Below are positions 21,901 through 33,475 of a stretch of 64,000 nt of DNA, in pieces; the first letter of the stretch is position 1; every line of letters starts with the position of its first letter. The stretch lies in assembly GCA_964187785.1 (NCBI GenBank), contig OZ076409.1:78494001-78558000 (forward strand), given 5' to 3'. Under the pieces are notes generated by a model. That model ran no database searches and was not told the DNA's origin. It was given only the letters and a program-made list of their open reading frames with translations. This DNA comes from Amphiscolops sp. MND2022 (taxonomy: Eukaryota). A program made the position numbers and the translations under genes.

Positions 21901-24900
21901 AGCGGTCAGGAACAATTGCCAAATGTCGGAAATTTCACCTCAACAGTGAAATAAAATAGAGCAGAATTGTAGTTTGCAAATCAGGAACAAACGTTTGAGT
22001 TGTCCTAATTCTTTAAGAAACACTTGGCAAACTGTATGTTGTTATTCAAAATGATGTAGCAGTGTGGATTACCATTAGTAGATATTATGTAGCACTACGA
22101 AAAGCACCTGTGAATAATACGAAAGTATTACCTTTCAAAACAGAAAGTATAGTTCTTAGTTAGTGTTCGATGAAAGCAATACGCCAAATCAAGCATTTTA
22201 GTCAATCTCTCTTACATCAACACATTGACACAAAAACGTACACACATAACAAATTGCATTCCTGGGCGAAAAAGTTCTCAATATCTGTAACGACGACCTC
22301 TCATCAACAGAAAAATTTTCGAATTGTGAAAATTTTGTTCAGGCATTAGACTGGGAACCAGAATTTGACGATTTCTGTCATATTCCGCTGAAAGACTCTG
22401 TGACTTTATCAGGTACCTGCCCGACGAATTGAAAAGGGCCAGAACGGCAAACAGAGGCAGAGACCCCTTTGCCTAAAAGAACGAAAAAGAACGAATGTTT
22501 GCAAATGCTGAAATTGACTCAAACTCTGTAATTAAATAGACTCTTTTCATTATTCGATCGCATTTTCATCAGAATGTCATTAGCAAATGTTACGACGAAG
22601 AACTGAAATGCGTCTTGTCACCGCTTAAACAAGCATCCGTGCTTGTGTCCCCTTTTGATTGTCGTCTTGCCATGGAAGTAGTGCAGGAAATTACCGATTT
22701 ATTGAATGTTTAGCTCGTGAGCTACTGATTTCACAGAGAGCCTGGAATGAGAATTTATCTTTGTCCCCAACCCCATTTTTAAAGGCTATCCGAGTGGTAA
22801 TTTCAAGGAAAAAGTGTAATTCACACTGCCGATAGCAATAAAAGACTGGATCAAGTCGGCGAGTACTCCACGAGAGGCGGAATCCTCCTCTGACGGGACA
22901 GTTTTTACTCGAAGGAGGCAAAATGGGCCTATGGTCATGGGGGCCTGTCCCGGGGCACATACCCATGCTGTAGGTACCTCCACCACTCTATGACGAAATG
23001 ACGACCTGATGAGAGCTTGTCGTTACAATCATTGAAACATTTAGTGATGGCCTCGGAGTGTAAAGTCCAGCAAACGGAAAAATTCTTCAGTTGGGAAAAT
23101 GCCTAGGTTGTCTAGAGAGCAGACCAAAATATATCTACAAGCCTTGACATCAGTTTTTTCGCAAAAGTTGTCCTCTGGAAATCTTTTCGAACGTCGAGAA
23201 GACTCCGCATTTTAGAACTCCGAGGCAACGTGGTGGCACACTTACAGTCGCGACACGTCCCACAAGCACGTAAAAACGGTTCCTGAAACTTCGTTAATTC
23301 TCCTGTGGTGCAAAAATAGCAATTAGCTGAAATACATTATATTGGCTATACGTGACAACAAAAAGGGATCAAGTAGATCATGCATCTCCAAAAACCTGAA
23401 ACTTAGTACAAATACACTAAAATAAGCCATGGAAACATCGAAATACTGTCTCAGCGAGTCTTCGCTTATTTTTTCTGTTGAATTACTACATTCCCACGGC
23501 AATTCTTCTGACGTTGTTGCACAACGGGACGTGTTTTCGGGGTTTTCGGGGTTGTATCTGTGTATCGGGTGGGTACGATAAAAAATATGTGTTTATGGAT
23601 TTATTCAAGTGTTTATAATTATATTTTTTTAATGATCTTGGAATGATTTCGTTGATATGAAAATCGACAGATCTCACCAAAGAAAAACGATCGGAAATCA
23701 GACTTTGTTCACAAAAAATGAGCCAAAAAGTGTAAGATATGTAGTTCTTTGGATGTGCTTGACCCCTTACCATATCTTAGCTGCTGTGAGCAAATTTTTG
23801 TGGTTATTGGACCCGTGGCCTCAACACAGAAAACGTCGGTAATTTGACAAATTAACACTGTAATTTCATAATTTAAATACACTTACTCTAACCTACATTT
23901 CTTTTTTATGATTGATAAACAAATATTTTTTATAATAAAGAAATTCAGTATTCTTATTTTTATTTCAATCGCTAAGTTAGGTCGTCACAGATTTCCAGGT
24001 GGGCAACACTTTTCGCTTCATCTGAATTTATCTCGGCTTGAGCATTATTTAGTTATTAGGACTGACCAGGGGCCACCGCCGGCATGTTCTCGTTCTTTCT
24101 GGTTTCTCACCGCTGCTGTTTTGCCTGTCAGAGTAGGATTCTGCATTCGGTAACAAAATATCATTGTGCTATTTTGTTAGATGATTTGTAAGACCGACCA
24201 CTAAACGATTTTCTCACATTTTTGAAAATTTGATAGTGACAAGCTTGAATCTGTGAACCGAATCTGTGGCCGTAGCTTGAGGAACCAAAATGAAAATTTG
24301 AGGACCCAGGTTTTCGACCTTTGCGAATATGTGCAGATTCGAAGAAAAAAATGACCTAATCAGAAACACAATAAAAACCCACAGGAGGGATTTCAAACGA
24401 ATAATAAAAATGATCAGAACTGGTGCGAAATCTCACTTATGTCAAAATGTTGATTTTTTGCAGCAATCTATACAGATTTGTAAAGATTACAGATCTTTAC
24501 AGAGCCAAACAATGACCAATAGATTACTAAAACGTATTCCGAGTTAACAGCACTTACTAAAATTGTTCCAACAAACCATGTTACCGAAATATTACAACAA
24601 CAGCACTTCATCAACACCTCTACCAATACAGAAAGTTGCCACATGTCAAATTTCATCTGCCAAAAGGTAGTCAATATGGCAAACGAGTCTTTCAAATTTT
24701 AACATATACTTCTGGAAAATTGATCTAAGTGAAATGGATAAATTACGGTATACAACCAATACTGCACATTCTTCAGTCTCCAAAATTACCGTGATAGGGT
24801 CAAAATTTCTAGCTCGAGAATTTGAGCGATGGAGAGTTGCAATTGACTGAACCTTGGTCAGCTAATATACTTGGTAAAATAACTGAAGATGTCCAAAAAT

Positions 24901-24914
24901 GCTGTACATTGGTT

Positions 24915-25145
24915 CCCTAGAAGCTGCAGAGAAACATATTACGGCAAAGATCTTCAAAGAAAATCTGCACATTTCTGTAAAGATTCTGCAGATCTGTATG
25001 GTTCCTCAAGATTCAGTGCAACGATCTCTGCAGAACCCTGCAGGAAAATCCTGCAGATCTGCCCAGATTCGCAAAGATCAAAAACATGCAGATACACGAA
25101 AAAAATGAAACAAACAGATGTGAACAATCTGCATGTTTTAGGGGT
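24915..25145. repeat. CTGCAGATC-rich MITE-like remnant
   Basis: Repeated ctgcag/gcagat motifs starting at ccctagaagctgcag; similar motifs at ~24460-24500. Confidence 0.4.
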
Positions 25146-25540
25146 TGTCGTGAAGAGCGAGCTTCTTGTTTGAGAGCAAGACGGCGTTCAAGGACAACCT
25201 GAGCATTATAAATCTCACACCCTCTTCAGTCATTTTCACGTTGCAGTCACATTGTGTCTAATCAACTGGTTCTGATACCGGTTTGCGTAAAACCTATCAT
25301 CAGTTAGCCAATCTTTCACCATGAGGAAGTCAAAACGGGGTTAGTTGACAATTTTTCCTTGAGAATTTTTATGAGGGAGAAATAAGAAACAAGGTTCAAA
25401 TACCATTATGTCGACATCATTGGCGATGGAGTTTTAATCCAATAAAATGATTGATGTCGACATAATCATCTTTTACATTGACTACCTGTTAAAAAGTTGC
25501 TTATTTTATTTTCTGGCGGAAAAGTTGTGCGTTCAATTAT

Positions 25541-25710
25541 TATTTTCCGCCCACATAAATAGGGGAAGAAAATCATGATCTGTGTTGCGTTTTTTTTAAT
25601 TTTCCGCCCACATAAATGGGGGAGGAAAATCATGATCTGTGTTGCCTTTTTTCAAAAACTTTCCGCCCACATAAATGGGGGAGGAAAATCATGATCTGTG
25701 TTGCGTTTTT
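25541..25710 (+). repeat. Tandem repeat, 3 x ~58-60 bp
   Basis: ttccgcccacataaatgggggaggaaaatcatgatctgtgttg occurs three times; a related single unit lies near 29525-29555. Confidence 0.85.
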
Positions 25711-25771
25711 TTTTTACAAATTCTGCCAAATCTCCACTTTTATACACTCCATTAAGTAAAACGATAAACTA

Positions 25772-26752
25772 CCCGGGTTGACCTCTTACTAGCATCTTGG
25801 TTGTCTTGGCAAGATCTTGCCAAATTCTTACTACATCTTGGCAGCCATTAAGATCTTACTAAGATAATACTTATTCCAAGATCGTATCTTATCACGTTGG
25901 ACAAAATTTTAAGATTATAAAAAAACACTATACCTTCGGTACAAGCAGCCAAGGCTCAATCTAAATGCTCATTTCACCCAACAACGACTATTTCTACTCG
26001 TTTTCATAATCAAAATGCTTAAACCTGCTGCAAAAATTTTGCATGCAAAAATGCGTGAATAATTACGACAACGTATTCTGGCTTCCGAACTTTTGACGAG
26101 AATTCTAATAAGTCCTCACCTGTTTAAGACTGAGAAATGCGAATGTACCAAATGAAAGGTAATTTCAAGGGCTTTCCAAAACTTGTAATTTATCACTCTT
26201 GTCGATTCCAGAGACGGAGAAATATGCTCTCAAACGTCCAGACCCACTATCGGAAAGTTACAAAGGAAAGACCTTAAAATCCGGAAGTTTTTGTAGAAAC
26301 CATATTTCCAGCTTTCTTTGAGCCTGTTTCAGCAGCCTTATTACTGCTAGAAACAGCGGTCATTGCACTAATTTGGGTAATGATTCAGCTCAAGTCTTTT
26401 CTGACGCCGTTGTTGGCGGATAGTTTTGCAATTGAAAGAACAATTTAACCAGCCTTCCTAAAAAATATCTCTTCAACCAAATTTTATACAATGCTAACAG
26501 AAGTTTTAATGTCTAACAATATAAATCTGCAGAAATGTTGATTTTTGTTGACTTCTTTTCAGATTTTTTTCTTTCCAAATAGGATTTTACAATAAAAGTT
26601 TTCTTGGAAACATGGCTCTCTTGATAAGATCTTACCATGACATCTTGCAATTCTTGCCAATATCTTGACAAGATCTTAGCTAAGATTTTTCCAAGATCTT
26701 GGCAAGATCTTGCCAAGGTCTTACTAATATATCTGTGGAAGGCCGACCCGGG
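25772..26752. mobile_element. MITE with CCCGGG termini, TA target duplication and CAAGATCTT subterminal repeats
   Basis: ta|cccgggttgacct...aggccgacccggg|ta; both arms carry cttggcaagatcttgccaa. Confidence 0.8.
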
Positions 26753-26754
26753 TA

Positions 26755-26875
26755 GTCACCGTGGCACGTTGGTAGTGTGTCTGACTGCCAGGCACGAGGT
26801 CATGGGTTCGAACCCGGGCTCGAGAGTTACTTTTTTATAGCGGAAAAAATCCCGGTGCTCATCGGACGTCTTGAT
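26755..26875 (+). repeat. tRNA-derived SINE-like element
   Basis: A box TGGCACGTTGG, B box GGTTCGAACCC, then tcccggtgctcatcggacgtcttg, which is shared with 29585-29700 and (reverse strand) ~57255-57285. Confidence 0.65.
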
Positions 26876-28091
26876 AGCCTTCATATACCATTTTGGCGCA
26901 GTCCGGAATGAAGTTTTCCAATTTTGAGAACAAAAAAAAAGAAATCAGGGTTATTTTTAGCTGGATGTGTCAAAACAGCTCAAGAGAGAATCCTCTAAGT
27001 AATTGAAACGATATTTACATTCCATTCGTGCAAGAATTTTTCGAATATAAAATGGGGGGAAATGATGGGGATCAATGATGGGGGAAATAAGAAGCAAGGT
27101 TATGGGGGTGTTCTGTGTTGAGATGAAAAATGAACTAAGAAATTGTTGGGGCAAAATGTTTATGAGCAAAGTTATAACTTTGCTTCCGAGAAACGGGAAA
27201 ATGTCTAAAGGTAACGTATTGAGAATCTCTGAAAATGTTTTAGGAGGAATTTTTCTTGACACGAAATGGGGTGCCATGAAAATCAATGAAGCAACTAACC
27301 AAATCAAACAAAACACGTCAACTGGTGTTTAAAAATATCATAATGAATGTCGATTTCAGCTGTGATGCAGAAGTCAGTGTCACTAGATGAGCAAAGTGCC
27401 GAGGTAGCTAATTGTTTCTTGTTAAATGAAGCCATTTGTAAATTTGAAGTTAAATCTACTTAAATGATATTTCAGAGAGAACTTCGACCAACTATAAAGA
27501 AACTGAGCACTCAATTAGGTTAGATTTCCAATACTCCTAGTTTGAACAATGTTTCAAAACGTGCCGACTCTTTAACCGTTTATGCTCAGAAATTTTAGTG
27601 ATGTAGAAAAACGAGCCAACAAGTTGTCGAGTTATTTTCGTTCATGTTTTCGCTTTTGAAATTTGGTGAGTCGATTTTGATCGTAGGGCGACAACTCAAA
27701 GAAATCGACAACTCATTAATCAAAACTGGTATCAGGAGATTAAATCAGAAAAACTTTGGAAATTTACTCCGAATAGACTTAAAACAATTAGGGAAAGTTA
27801 TTTAATTGATAATATTTGGTATAAGTTAAAATATAGTAACCGTATAGCCTTACTATACAAAAAAATAATATAGATATTTTTATATTAATTAACTTTGCCT
27901 TGAAAACCCTCATCATTATCAAACTTTGATTGAAAGGTTCGCAATTTGATTGAAAAATGTGGAATAACTCCAAATAAACTTCGGAATAACTCTAATCGTT
28001 GCAAAACATGATTTGTTTTTCAAGTATAACTTGGTAATTTGGCTATTTGTAACTGAATGACAAAATGACAAACCTGATATGAGTTGTCGCA

Positions 28092-28540
28092 TTTTAGTCG
28101 GCGCTTTCGAAGAAAGAGCAGACTATAGTATTGACTTTTCTTTTCAGTAAAAATGCTTGACTCTTACAGTGACCTTTTTTCTTCGGACCGCAGAACTCAC
28201 ACTGATCGGTCCATTTTTAACAGAAACTACTAAAACTACTGAGGCCACGTCCGGCCAGCAGAAACTTAATGCAAAGGTTTCCCCCTTTCATTTTTTAAAA
28301 CTTTTTCAATGTTACCTACAAAACCGGACAACACTAAATGGTCCATTGGAGTCTCCCCTCGTAATATCCGAATTGAAGCGCTATATCCGAATTTCTGACG
28401 ATATATCCGAACTATATTGTGTTTTATTAAGGAGGAGGCGGAGGTTCGAAAACAGAAATTTTCCATGAAAACGTGCTACGGATATTTTAAAAACTGCGCT
28501 TTTTGAGCCTTAGATATAGCGCCGACGTTCTCGTCTTGTT
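28092..28540 (+). mobile_element. Helentron/DINE-1-like non-autonomous element (HINE)
   Basis: 5' TTTTAGTCGGCGC subTIR plus a partial IR; 3' GCGCCGAC subTIR, ending CTTGTT. Confidence 0.65.
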
Positions 28541-29443
28541 TTTCATTTTTAAGATTGACGATTTTAAAAGTTTTATAAGCTGTTGCTTAGTACCTTGTAC
28601 CCTCTACTGCCACTTGGCGCAGAGATTAATCCGGATTTTTTGAGGTCTGAGAAGCAGAAGGACGTGGGTTCGAGTCTTGCAATCGACTTAAGTTTTTTCA
28701 TGTTTGTTATTTCGGCTTTTCGAGATTTTTTTCGAAAATTTGTAATGTTTCAAATGGGTCCGCTTCATTTTTTTGATATTTTGAGCAAACTGGATTTTCA
28801 AATTTTTCTGACCTTTTTTCTTCAGACCGCAGAACTCACACTGATCGGTCCATTTTTTACAGAAACTACTAAAACTACTGAGGCCACGTCCGGCCAGCAG
28901 AAACTTAATGCAAAGGTTTCCCCCTTTCATTTTTTAAAACTTTTTCAATGTTACCTACAAAACCGGACAACACTAAAGGGTCCATTGGAGTCTCCCCTCG
29001 TAATATCCGAATTGAAGCGCTATATCCGAATTTTTGACGATATATCCGAACTATATTGCGTTTTATTAAGGAGGAGGCGGAGGTTCGAAAACAGAAATTT
29101 TCCATGAAAACGTGCTACGGATATTTTAAAAACTGCGCTTTTTGAGCCTTAGATATAGCGCCGACGTTCTCGTCTTGTTTTTTATTTTTAAGATTGACGA
29201 TTTTAAAAGTTTTATAAGCTGTTGCTTAGTACCTTGTACCCTCTACTGCCACTTGGCGCAGAGATTAATCCGGATTTTTTGAGGTCTGAGAAGCAGAAGG
29301 ACGTGGGTTCGAGTCTTGCAATCGACTTAAGTTTTTTTCATGTTTGTTATTTCGGCTTTTCGAGACTTTTTTTCGAAAATTTGTAATTTTTCAAATGGGT
29401 CCGCTTCATTTTTTTGATATTTTGAGCAAACTGGATTTTCAAA
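28170..29443 (+). repeat. Near-identical tandem duplication, unit 639 bp
   Basis: 28170-28802 matches 28809-29443 with only a few substitutions and indels. Confidence 0.95.
28605..28690 (+). repeat. tRNA-like Pol III promoter module (copies at 29245-29330 +, 31061-31138 -, 60660-60730 -)
   Basis: A-box-like TGGCGCAGAG and B box GGTTCGAGTC, with a conserved tgaggtctgagaagcag middle. Confidence 0.6.
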
Positions 29444-29584
29444 AAGCCCAAAGGGCTCTTTTTACAATTTCTGGCACTGTGAGATTTTCAAAATGAACTT
29501 TTTATTTTCCACAAATTTATTTGTGTATGGGGGAGGAAATTCATCATCTGTGTTGGGGTCAGTTAGTTGCTATTTTAGTAACTA

Positions 29585-29700
29585 GGGCTCGGTTGGTAGT
29601 GCATCCGCCTATCTGACAGTAGTTAGTGGGTTCAAGTCTTGCCTTCGTCTGACTTTTTCGAGAAGACAGAAATTATCCCGGTGCTTAGCGGGCGTCTTAA
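29585..29700 (+). repeat. tRNA-derived SINE-like element
   Basis: ggctcggttggtag A box, ggttcaagtc B box, 3' tcccggtgcttagcgggcgtctt. Confidence 0.55.
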
Positions 29701-31528
29701 TTGTCTTGAAACTTTGATAAAATTTCAATAATATAGTCTTTTTGCATATTTAAAAAACTTAACTATTTTGCACCTTGAGCGGGCGCCGACTTGGGCCGTT
29801 CCCGGCTTGTTCTATAATATATATGGGTTATCGCGTGATATGATTTGTCGCTTGCTATGGGTTGTCACAGTGTTGAAATCGTTGGCATCTGTCGATGTGG
29901 CGTCATAAAATCTCCGCATTTCCCTCTGGGCCTGTCAATCATTTGTTGCATCAGTAGTTTCGAGGAAGAAATGATACATGCTTTCCAAGGATACTAAAAT
30001 TGATATTTACTTTTCCCACAAAAGTAACTGTTGGCATTTTTTCAGTAAATATTTCATTAACTCCCAAAATGCCTCATTTTTAGTTTTTGAAAATTTTTCC
30101 AGATACAAAATCTCTTCAGATTTTGGAAGCGGCCCAATTGGTCGCTTTTGAGTTGCAATCCAACAAGTTTTTCAAAAGCTTTGGCGACTGTTAATACTGT
30201 CAATGCTGAGCCTTTCCCACAATCAAACTCAAAAATAACTGGTTTACAATTAAACTGGTTTCGAAAACAGCTGATTCGAGGACTTATTTTTGTAGGTTTT
30301 TGTATTTTGTGGGGTTTCTCTGACGTTTTTGCCAAAAATTAAATTCTAAAAAGATTCACGATTGAATCCTAAAAAGATTTAATCCTCAGGTTAAAAACTC
30401 CAGTTTTTTTTCAATATACAAAGGAACACAATTGTTAAAGTTTTATCATGTTTACAGTGCCAAAGAATATCTGAAGGGATATGCATCGGACTCGAAAATC
30501 GCCTTTTCCTCAGATAGAAACATCAAAAGGCTCATTTTTGATGACTATTTTAAAAACAAAAATTTTCGGAGAACGTCCCATAGTGCCAAAAAGGAGCTTT
30601 CAACTTGAAAAACTTTTTTTTTCAAAGTCAAAATCAATTATGAAAGTGAGGAAAGTACCCTTGGATCAAATGACAGTTTTTTTCGGAAGAAAACGTCGCA
30701 CATAGTCGAAAACGCAGGTCTTTTGCACAAGCATCACGAAAACTCTTCAGTTTCAGAAGATCACAAATTAACAATGTGGTAACCCTCAAGACTCGATTTC
30801 CTTCTACAGAAAACCCTTACAAAAAACCTTGACAAAAAAACAAAAAATGCTAAGAAGTATTTTCAAATACTTCGGTAAGTCGCATAGTGCTGAAAAACCT
30901 AAGGTGGCATCTATGCTCGCAAAACGCTTCCTGCTAAAAATCAAAGGGCATTTCGATTGAAAAACATTCGGAAAAAAGTGGCATAATGCATAAAAAACAA
31001 AAGGGACTCTTTGGTCTACCCTCTAGCCTCTACTTTAGCAAGGATACAAAATTTCTGTTTGGCGCGAGACTCGAACCCTCGTACTCCTGCTTCTCAGGCC
31101 TCAGCAAATCCGTGTTAACACCTAGGCCAAGTGGCAGTTAGATTTTACTAAAGTACAGCTAAGTAGTAGCTTATAGGTATAGAACTTCTCATAGAAATCT
31201 GTCAGTTCCCTGGTCTTTGAAAAAGTCACTGCTACATTTTGTTCTTTTCTTAGGAAAGCACCGACTAAAAACAAGCCCTGACCAAAATAGCATCGTCGCT
31301 TACTTTTGCGGGCTAGTGTACATCGAACGCGAATTAAAAAGTGACTGTCTTTCCGCTAGGTCACGAACATTGATTTTTTCTGAAACACGACAGTCGAAGT
31401 TGCATATTACAACTTTTGATTGACATCACTGTATAGTCTCACACTCCTAGACACCATATGATAATTTCTTCTTGGTCTTTGCGCACAATTAAGACCGATA
31501 TTTTTGAAATGTTGAACACAACATTTAA

Positions 31529-31989
31529 TTTTAGTCGGCGTTTTCGAAGAAAATCGCGACTCTTACAGGGGCTAGTTTTTTCGTCAGTTCAACGCGATCG
31601 GTCTACTTTTTGTGCATTATGCACTTTTACCATATGTACTTAGTACTTCATTTTCTACATATCCAAAGCCTCTAACATGAGATAAAAAGCCACTCCAAAG
31701 CAGAAGGTTCCCCCTTTCCACTTTTTTCGACACTGCTCCCCATCAATTTTTTGATATTTTGCAACAGAATGGATGTTTAAAAAATCCCAAAGGGTCCCCC
31801 CTTTTTCATTTTTTGGCACTATGCGACTTACCGGAGACTTCAAAAAAAATTTCGAAAAAAATTCGGAAAATTTTTTCCTCAATTTTTAGTTTTTTGAGAG
31901 CTTTTGTTGTCTCCAGTTGTAGAAAAAGTGGTTTTCGAGTTTTATTGAGCCTTAGATATGGCGCCGACTTGGGCCGTTCCCGGCTTGTT
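31529..31989 (+). mobile_element. HINE (Helentron-like), complete copy
   Basis: TTTTAGTCGGCG...GAGCCTTAGATATGGCGCCGACTTGGGCCGTTCCCGGCTTGTT. Confidence 0.7.
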
Positions 31990-32594
31990 ATGGTTTAGAT
32001 AAACCAGATTTGAGTGCAGAATTTTTCAATGAATTCCGCAGTTTGAACTGTCAATTGTAGTTTTAGAAATCATTATGTTCACATCAATTATGTGATTGGC
32101 CGGTAAAAACGATTGCTGAGAATGATTTCGCCATAAAGGTATAAAATCTTAATTAGAAGACTCGCATTACTTGTATGGAGGAGTACGAAACATGGTTGAG
32201 CACAACAAAAATCTCGAATAGACTAAGCTACATTTGCATAATCCATAGATACGTTGTTTTTGTTAGTCATCACGCTTTTACATTTTTCCAACGCACGAGA
32301 AAACAGGAGTTTTGCACGTTTTACAGCCAAACGCTCAATTCTAGAATACACACGCCGCAAAAACGCACGCACAATGTAAAATGTTTTCAATCCTCTATTT
32401 TCCCGATACTCGTTCGCTCCTTTCTTGAAACACACCTGTTTTGCAACATCGCCACCAAACTGAATATAAAATCTCAACACTGCACTCAAATCGCACCAGA
32501 GGTATTTGAATTCACTGTAAACAAAAAAAATGATTTCTTATTCACATTGTATGCACGTTTTCATCAATTCTTCACGTTTCTGTTCCTCAAATTA

Positions 32595-32803
32595 GCGGCT
32601 AATCAAGTAGACAGAGGCGGGAAAACATCCTGTGGAAGAAATTGTTCAACCAGCGATCCTTCCGGGCTATCAAAATTTCGGAAGTCAGTTTTGGAAACAG
32701 TTCCGTTCAAATTTATTCTACCTGATCTGGAAGTTTCTACCAGCAGTCCCGCCGGAAGTCACTTAAATTTGGCAACAAATTCATCCAACGCGCAACAAGC
32801 TTG
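32595..32803 (+). other. Possible isolated exon (could be an upstream exon of the kinase gene)
   Basis: GC-richer open frame between a polypyrimidine AG acceptor and a TG|GTAAGT donor; no recognisable domain. Confidence 0.3.
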
Positions 32804-33195
32804 GTAAGTTTTCAAAGATTTAGTGTGACATCAAATTAAAACCGGATAGATGTAAAGTGTGATTGATTTAGTTTGCGCATGGATAGATATGATCACTGGA
32901 ATATGGAACGGTTCAAAGCACCGGATGTTTTTAATCAAAGGTCTACACAGTAGTCAATTGCCGAAATTCTGAAGAAAAAGAACAACAGACAGCATTTAGC
33001 CGAGTTTTATTTTAGAACCAATAGGGCAAATGAACTTGAGTTCAGGCTTCTAACCAACGTACTAAAGTTCATATAGGGCATACACCCCGTAATTTTTTCA
33101 TCGCATTGGACCATTCCTTATGATAGTTTCAGTTCGTAGTAATAAACTAATGACTCATAGTCGGTTAACAAACCCCCTGCCCCCGGAACGAGCAT

Positions 33196-33395
33196 NNNNN
33201 NNNNNNNNNNNNNNNNNNNNNNNNNNNNNNNNNNNNNNNNNNNNNNNNNNNNNNNNNNNNNNNNNNNNNNNNNNNNNNNNNNNNNNNNNNNNNNNNNNNN
33301 NNNNNNNNNNNNNNNNNNNNNNNNNNNNNNNNNNNNNNNNNNNNNNNNNNNNNNNNNNNNNNNNNNNNNNNNNNNNNNNNNNNNNNNNNNNNNNN
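33196..33395. other. Assembly gap (200 N)
   Basis: Run of N. Confidence 1.
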
Positions 33396-33475
33396 GATAA
33401 ATACACCCCAGACCTTCTCTTTTGTCACTTCACATTATTTTGATATTTGACTCTTTAAGCATTTCAAGTTTCCAA

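Noticed and set aside
22995..23060. CTGATGA...GAAAC hammerhead-ribozyme-like core
   Set aside because: Stems I and III and the NUH cleavage triplet cannot be formed convincingly.
26755..26830. Functional tRNA gene
   Set aside because: A and B boxes are present but the acceptor stem does not pair, and it is followed by a dispersed repeat tail; treated as SINE-derived.
28583..29107. 174-aa ORF
   Set aside because: It crosses a tandem-duplication junction of non-coding repeats; F/L-rich and likely spurious.
32175..32807. 210-aa ORF as a single-exon gene
   Set aside because: The first two-thirds is T-rich intron-like sequence with no domain; only the 3' part looks exon-like.
33120..33443. ORFs containing poly-X
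   Set aside because: Artefacts of the N gap.
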